Under the pieces are notes generated by a model, which saw nothing but the letters and a program-made list of their open reading frames with translations, had not been told where the DNA came from and ran no database searches. From Bacteroidota bacterium (GTDB lineage Bacteria; Zhuqueibacterota; Zhuqueibacteria; Zhuqueibacterales; Geothermadaptataceae), in assembly GCA_011375275.1 (NCBI GenBank), contig DRLW01000323.1, forward strand, positions 1-31,384: a DNA stretch of 31,384 nucleotides, written 5' to 3'. The number at the start of each line of letters is the position of its first letter. Positions within the stretch are counted from its first letter, which is position 1. The translations under genes and the position numbers were made by a program. Below, piece after piece: positions 27,105 through 31,384 of the stretch.

Positions 27105-28331
27105 CTAAACATAGTTGAACTTGCGGATTCCGGCATTCAGTATCAGCCCGATGATCACCATATTGGTCAGCATCGCCGAGCCACCATAGCTCAGAAAAGG
27201 CATCGGCAGGCCGGTAACGGGCATGACTCCCACCGTCATACCGCTGTTGACCAGCACGTGGAAAGCGAGAATCACCACCGAGCCGACGACGACAAGCCCG
27301 GCAAATGCATTTTTTGAGTCTGCCGCAATGTTCAGCGCCCGCCAGAGGATGACCAGAAATGCCAGCAGAATAACGATCACACCGAACAGGCCAAACTCCT
27401 CGCCTACAACAGAAAAGATGAAGTCCGTATGCTGCTCCGGCAGGAAGCGAAGCTGTGTCTGCGTTCCCTCGGTCCAGCCCTTGCCCCAGAGCCCGCCGGA
27501 GCCGATGGCGACTTTGGACTGCAAAACCTGATAGCCCAAACCCTGCGGGTCTTTTTCGATACCGAGAAAAGTCAAAATCCGGCTGCGCTGGTAAGCGTGG
27601 AGATTGCCCCACAACATCGGCGTCATGATGCCGACGAAGATGTTGAGCAGAAAGTTCGGAATGATCACGCGCGGGCCGCGGCCGGAGAGTATCATCACAG
27701 CCGTGATGGTGACCATGGCGATGAAAAAGCTCGTGAAGGTAAACGCCGACACCATGACGATCAGCGGCGCGAGCAGCACGAACACGGTGAAAAGCGACAA
27801 GCCTGCCCAGAACAGCACTGGCAGCACGATTGCCATGATCACCAGAGCAGTTCCCAAATCCGGCTCTTTGATGATCAGCAGTGTGGGCACGAGCACGATG
27901 AGGAAAGCGATCGCCAGATCGCGGAGGTTATTCATGTCGCGCTGCTGGCCTGAGGCATACTTTGCCAGGGCAAAAAGCGTCGCCAGCTTGGCGAATTCCG
28001 ATGGCTGCAGCCGCAGCGGGCCGATATAAAACCAACGCTTCACCCCTGTCCCGCCACCGATGATCAACACAAGGATCAGCAGAAAAATGGCAACAGCATA
28101 AAACAAATAGGCCTGATCATAGAAAAATTTGAACGGAATCAGCATGATCGTCGAGGCGACGATGATACCGACGAGCATCCAGATAAACTGCTTGCCGAAG
28201 TTATTCTGAATTATGGGATTGGCGCTCTGCGTCGCGCTGTACACGGCCATCAGCCCATAGACCAGCAGCACCGCGACGGCGATGATGATAGCCAGATCCG
28301 GCTTGAGTCTGTCCTGTTTATCCCAGAGCAT
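27105..28331 (-). CDS. rodA: Rod shape-determining SEDS glycosyltransferase RodA
   Basis: RWFYIGPLRLQPSEFAKL, KEPDLGTA, GYQVLQSKVAIGSGG, FLPEQHTDFIFSVVGEE, VTGLPMPFLSYGGS. Confidence 0.96.
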   Translation of the reverse strand: MLWDKQDRLKPDLAIIIAVAVLLVYGLMAVYSATQSANPIIQNNFGKQFIWMLVGIIVASTIMLIPFKFFYDQAYLFYAVAIFLLILVLIIGGGTGVKRWFYIGPLRLQPSEFAKLATLFALAKYASGQQRDMNNLRDLAIAFLIVLVPTLLIIKEPDLGTALVIMAIVLPVLFWAGLSLFTVFVLLAPLIVMVSAFTFTSFFIAMVTITAVMILSGRGPRVIIPNFLLNIFVGIMTPMLWGNLHAYQRSRILTFLGIEKDPQGLGYQVLQSKVAIGSGGLWGKGWTEGTQTQLRFLPEQHTDFIFSVVGEEFGLFGVIVILLAFLVILWRALNIAADSKNAFAGLVVVGSVVILAFHVLVNSGMTVGVMPVTGLPMPFLSYGGSAMLTNMVIIGLILNAGIRKFNYV

Positions 28332-28463
28332 GAGTTTTTACCTGGAAAATTGTTAGCCCGAAAATTGAAACCGATGATAAAGCGGCCCCGCAACAGACCC
28401 CGTCAGCACGCGGCTGCGGGCTGTGAAAATCAGCTCCTGAGCGGAGCCTCCGGGCGCTGCCAA

Positions 28464-30269
28464 CTACTCTTCTGCCACAACTGTTTGCGGGATGAGAATT
28501 TTATTCTGCCGCAACAGCAGACGCAGGACGCTGCGAATGATCGGCGCAGCCACTCCGCCGCCGCTGCCGCCGTTTTCCACAAAGACACAAAAAGCGATCT
28601 GCGGCTGCTCATAGGGCACGAAACCGATAAACCAGGCGTGATCCTCGCCATGCGGATTCTGGGCTGTGCCGGTTTTCCCGGCGACATGCACACGCCCGGG
28701 ATTGGCGCCCTTGGCCGTGCCCCCGGGAGCATTGACCACGTTGAACATCCCTTTGTGGATGATGTCCCACGTGCGCTCGCTGATGCCCTCGATGCGAACC
28801 GTATCCGGGATGGCGTATTCCTCGTCACCGGTGACCGGATCGACGATTCGTTTTCTGACATGCGGCCGGAAACCGAGGCCGCGATTGGCGATATACATGG
28901 CAAAAGTCGCCATCTGCAGAGGGGTCACCAGCAGATCACCCTGCCCGACGGACAAATTCAGCAGCAGTCCCTTGCTCCACTTGCCCTTGCCATATTTCCT
29001 GTCAAAATATGCAGCATCAGGTACGAGGCCGGGGAATTCGGAGTAAAGATCACTGCCCGTGGTCTTGCCAAAATTAAATTTGCGCGAATACTTGACCCAG
29101 TTTTCCAGGCCTACTTTCTGAATCAGGCGGTAAAAATACACATTACAGGACCCCTCGATCGCCTGCAGCAGATTGACCGTGCCATGGCCGCCTTTTTTCC
29201 AGCACTTGAAGACTCTTCTGCCCAGGCGATACGCACCGGGACAGTACACCGTCTCTGAACCATCGATGATCCCTTCTTCCAGGGCAGCAATGGCCAGCAC
29301 GAGTTTATAAGTTGAACCCGGTTCGACATGGCTGCGCACCATGCGATCATACAAAGGCTTGTCCGGGTTATCCCGCAGGGCGTTCCACACCTTGGAGGAA
29401 ATCGGTTTGGTGAAAATTTCCGGATCATAATCCGGCTTCGAGGCCAGCGCGATGATCTCGCCATTATCTGTGTTGATCAAAACAGCACCGCCGCGCTTGT
29501 CTTCCATGATGCGCTCGAGGTGGCGCTGCAGCTCTGCGTCGATCGCCAGATGCAGCTCCTTGCCCGGAACCGCCGGTTTCTCGCCCAAACCGCTCAGCAC
29601 CGTGACTTCGCGGCCAAGGGCATCGACCTCCACGAAGCGAAAGCCCTTCTTGCCACGCAGCACGGATTCATAGATATACTCGATACCGGTCTTGCCGATG
29701 ACATCTCCGCGTTCATAGCCGTGTTCGCGCATTTGTGCCAGTTTCTTTTCGTCGATCTCACCGAGATAACCGAACAGGTGGGGAGCCCGCACTCCGGCCG
29801 GATAGTATCGTCTCGGATCGACGCCATACACGATACCGGGCAGCTCCAGTTTGTTCTCTTCGATGTGCGCCAGCGCCTGGAAGCCGATGTGGCGCGCAAT
29901 TTTCACGCGCTGGAATGGCCCCCGTCGATCACGGCGAAAAATTTTTTCCAGAGAGGCCGGCTGCCTGTTGATGATCTTTGCCAGCGCGGCAAAAACCGTA
30001 TCGCGGCGGGTCAGTTCACGAGGGATGGCAAAAACCGAATATGCCGGCAGGTTATCGACGAGGATTTCGCGGTAGCGGTCGCGGATGATGCCGCGCGGCG
30101 GTTCGAGGGTGATGGGCCGGATGCGGTTTTTCTCGCTTTCCCGCGTGTAGCGTTCCGACTCGATCAGCTGCACATAGGCGAAGCGGCTGATGAGGCCGGC
30201 AAAGGACAGGATCAACAGAATGCGGAAAATCAGAAGTTTATGCCTACCAAAACCCTGCACAGATCTCAT
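28464..30269 (-). CDS. mrdA: Penicillin-binding protein 2
   Basis: N-terminal TM, PPRGIIRDR, IGKTGIE, SxxK (PGSTYK), SCN, KTGTAQ, DHAWF. Confidence 0.96.
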   Translation of the reverse strand: MRSVQGFGRHKLLIFRILLILSFAGLISRFAYVQLIESERYTRESEKNRIRPITLEPPRGIIRDRYREILVDNLPAYSVFAIPRELTRRDTVFAALAKIINRQPASLEKIFRRDRRGPFQRVKIARHIGFQALAHIEENKLELPGIVYGVDPRRYYPAGVRAPHLFGYLGEIDEKKLAQMREHGYERGDVIGKTGIEYIYESVLRGKKGFRFVEVDALGREVTVLSGLGEKPAVPGKELHLAIDAELQRHLERIMEDKRGGAVLINTDNGEIIALASKPDYDPEIFTKPISSKVWNALRDNPDKPLYDRMVRSHVEPGSTYKLVLAIAALEEGIIDGSETVYCPGAYRLGRRVFKCWKKGGHGTVNLLQAIEGSCNVYFYRLIQKVGLENWVKYSRKFNFGKTTGSDLYSEFPGLVPDAAYFDRKYGKGKWSKGLLLNLSVGQGDLLVTPLQMATFAMYIANRGLGFRPHVRKRIVDPVTGDEEYAIPDTVRIEGISERTWDIIHKGMFNVVNAPGGTAKGANPGRVHVAGKTGTAQNPHGEDHAWFIGFVPYEQPQIAFCVFVENGGSGGGVAAPIIRSVLRLLLRQNKILIPQTVVAEE

Positions 30270-30748
30270 GATTCATCACCCAATAAACCGCGGGGTGCAA
30301 GAAAATGCGCTATACCGGCAAGGATGAAAGTGTAAATCGCCGCCGGAATAGCGAACTGAACAACCAGATCGACAACGCTCAAACGCGTATCGATGAGATA
30401 GAGAAAATAGTAAATCAAGTTATAGACGAACATGATCATGAACAGAAAAAGGAGCTTGCCCTGCACGCCCATGCGATAGCGTGCATGCCGGTACAGCCCG
30501 GCGAGGAAGCCTGCAGCGACCAGGCCGAGCATACTCGCCCCGATCCATGAAGTCGTAAAAGCATCTTTCATCAGGCCGACGAAAAGCGCGGTGATCATGG
30601 CAGCAACGCCGCCCTCACGAACGCCGAGAACGACGATGCCGATCAGCAGCACATCCGGCAACAGCTTGCCGATGGACAGGAAAGGGATGATGCGTATCTG
30701 CAAAATCAGCAGAGCGAAAAATATCAGCAGATAATTGAGTATTTTCAT
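30266..30748 (-). CDS. mreD: Rod shape-determining protein MreD
   Basis: 160-aa hydrophobic protein with PDVLLI and GLMKDAF motifs, between mreC and mrdA; stop overlaps the mrdA start. Confidence 0.88.
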   Translation of the reverse strand: MKILNYLLIFFALLILQIRIIPFLSIGKLLPDVLLIGIVVLGVREGGVAAMITALFVGLMKDAFTTSWIGASMLGLVAAGFLAGLYRHARYRMGVQGKLLFLFMIMFVYNLIYYFLYLIDTRLSVVDLVVQFAIPAAIYTFILAGIAHFLAPRGLLGDES

Positions 30749-31009
30749 AACCGGAAAAATTCATGAATCGTGCAAATATTAAACCCGGTTCGATCTGTTC
30801 GCAGATGGGTGTTTCGAAACAGATGAACAGAATATTTGAAAAACTTCATTCGACGAGATATTTATAACGCGTCAGCCGGCCGGCCTTTGCCGCCGATGAC
30901 GAAGATGCACAACTATTCTGCTCTTCAGGCAGGGCGGAATGAAAACCGGCTGTTTTTTCCATTCTTATCGCACAGGCTCGGCACAAACCCATGCAAACAG
31001 CGGAAGATA

Positions 31010-31384
31010 TTATTGCGCAGCGCCGGCGCTGTTGCCATCCAGCATGACAAAAACCAGCTCAAGGCGCTCGACTTCAACAAAGGGCTGGACCTTGATGGTC
31101 TGAAACAGTGTCGAGGGGTCGGAGTGAATCTCGACCACCCGGCCGACAGGTAACTCAGGCGGAAAAATGCTGCTGATTTTCGAGGTAACGACTGTTTCGC
31201 CGACCTGCACCGGCGCGTTTTTGATCACCTGTGTCAGCAAATTATAATCACCCCCCTCATAGGCGAGGATGCCATCGACACGGCTCTCGCGGATTTTACA
31301 GGCGACATGAAAGTTGTGATCGATCAGGAGCTGGACTACGGCACTGTTCTGCCCGGCGCGGGCCACGCGACCGACAATGCCTTC
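31010..31384 (-). CDS. mreC: Rod shape-determining protein MreC (C-terminal part; runs off the right edge)
   Basis: VQVGETVVTSKISSIFPPELPVGRV, TIKVQPFVEVERLELVFV; frame open to the window end. Confidence 0.9.
   Translation of the reverse strand, partial: EGIVGRVARAGQNSAVVQLLIDHNFHVACKIRESRVDGILAYEGGDYNLLTQVIKNAPVQVGETVVTSKISSIFPPELPVGRVVEIHSDPSTLFQTIKVQPFVEVERLELVFVMLDGNSAGAAQ

Noticed and set aside
1-31384. CRISPR array, tRNA/rRNA genes, prophage or defence genes
   Set aside because: No regularly spaced repeat-spacer pattern, no tRNA/rRNA signatures and no phage, transposase or defence-type ORFs were recognisable.

Overview
Bacterial window with every supported gene on the minus strand. 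In transcription order (right to left): the end of the rod-shape operon (partial mreC, mreD, mrdA/PBP2, rodA); a ~1.75-kb gene-free, repeat-rich spacer; a CpoB-like TPR lipoprotein; a GalT-family nucleotidyltransferase; a full-length GlgA homolog whose recognisable catalytic motifs are all degenerate; a STAS anti-sigma antagonist with an extra HTH-like C-terminal domain; and a >20-kb Wza/Wzc-type exopolysaccharide cluster running off the left edge (wza, wzc, two SDR epimerases, priming sugar transferase, GT4s, two AsnB-like amidoligases of which one lacks the catalytic N-terminal Cys, acyltransferase, deacetylase, UPF0104 membrane protein, proC, GNAT, membrane hydrolase, GT2). Three copies of a ~235-bp MITE are present, with 24-bp imperfect terminal inverted repeats, internal REP-like hairpins and perfect 9-bp target duplications on two copies. 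Two copies bracket wzc in inverted orientation; the third sits inside an older repeat whose second copy preserves the empty site. Protein calls come from recognised motifs only; no database search was run. The protein styles suggest an FCB-related candidate lineage (e.g. KSB1/Calditrichota-like), which is an unverified guess.
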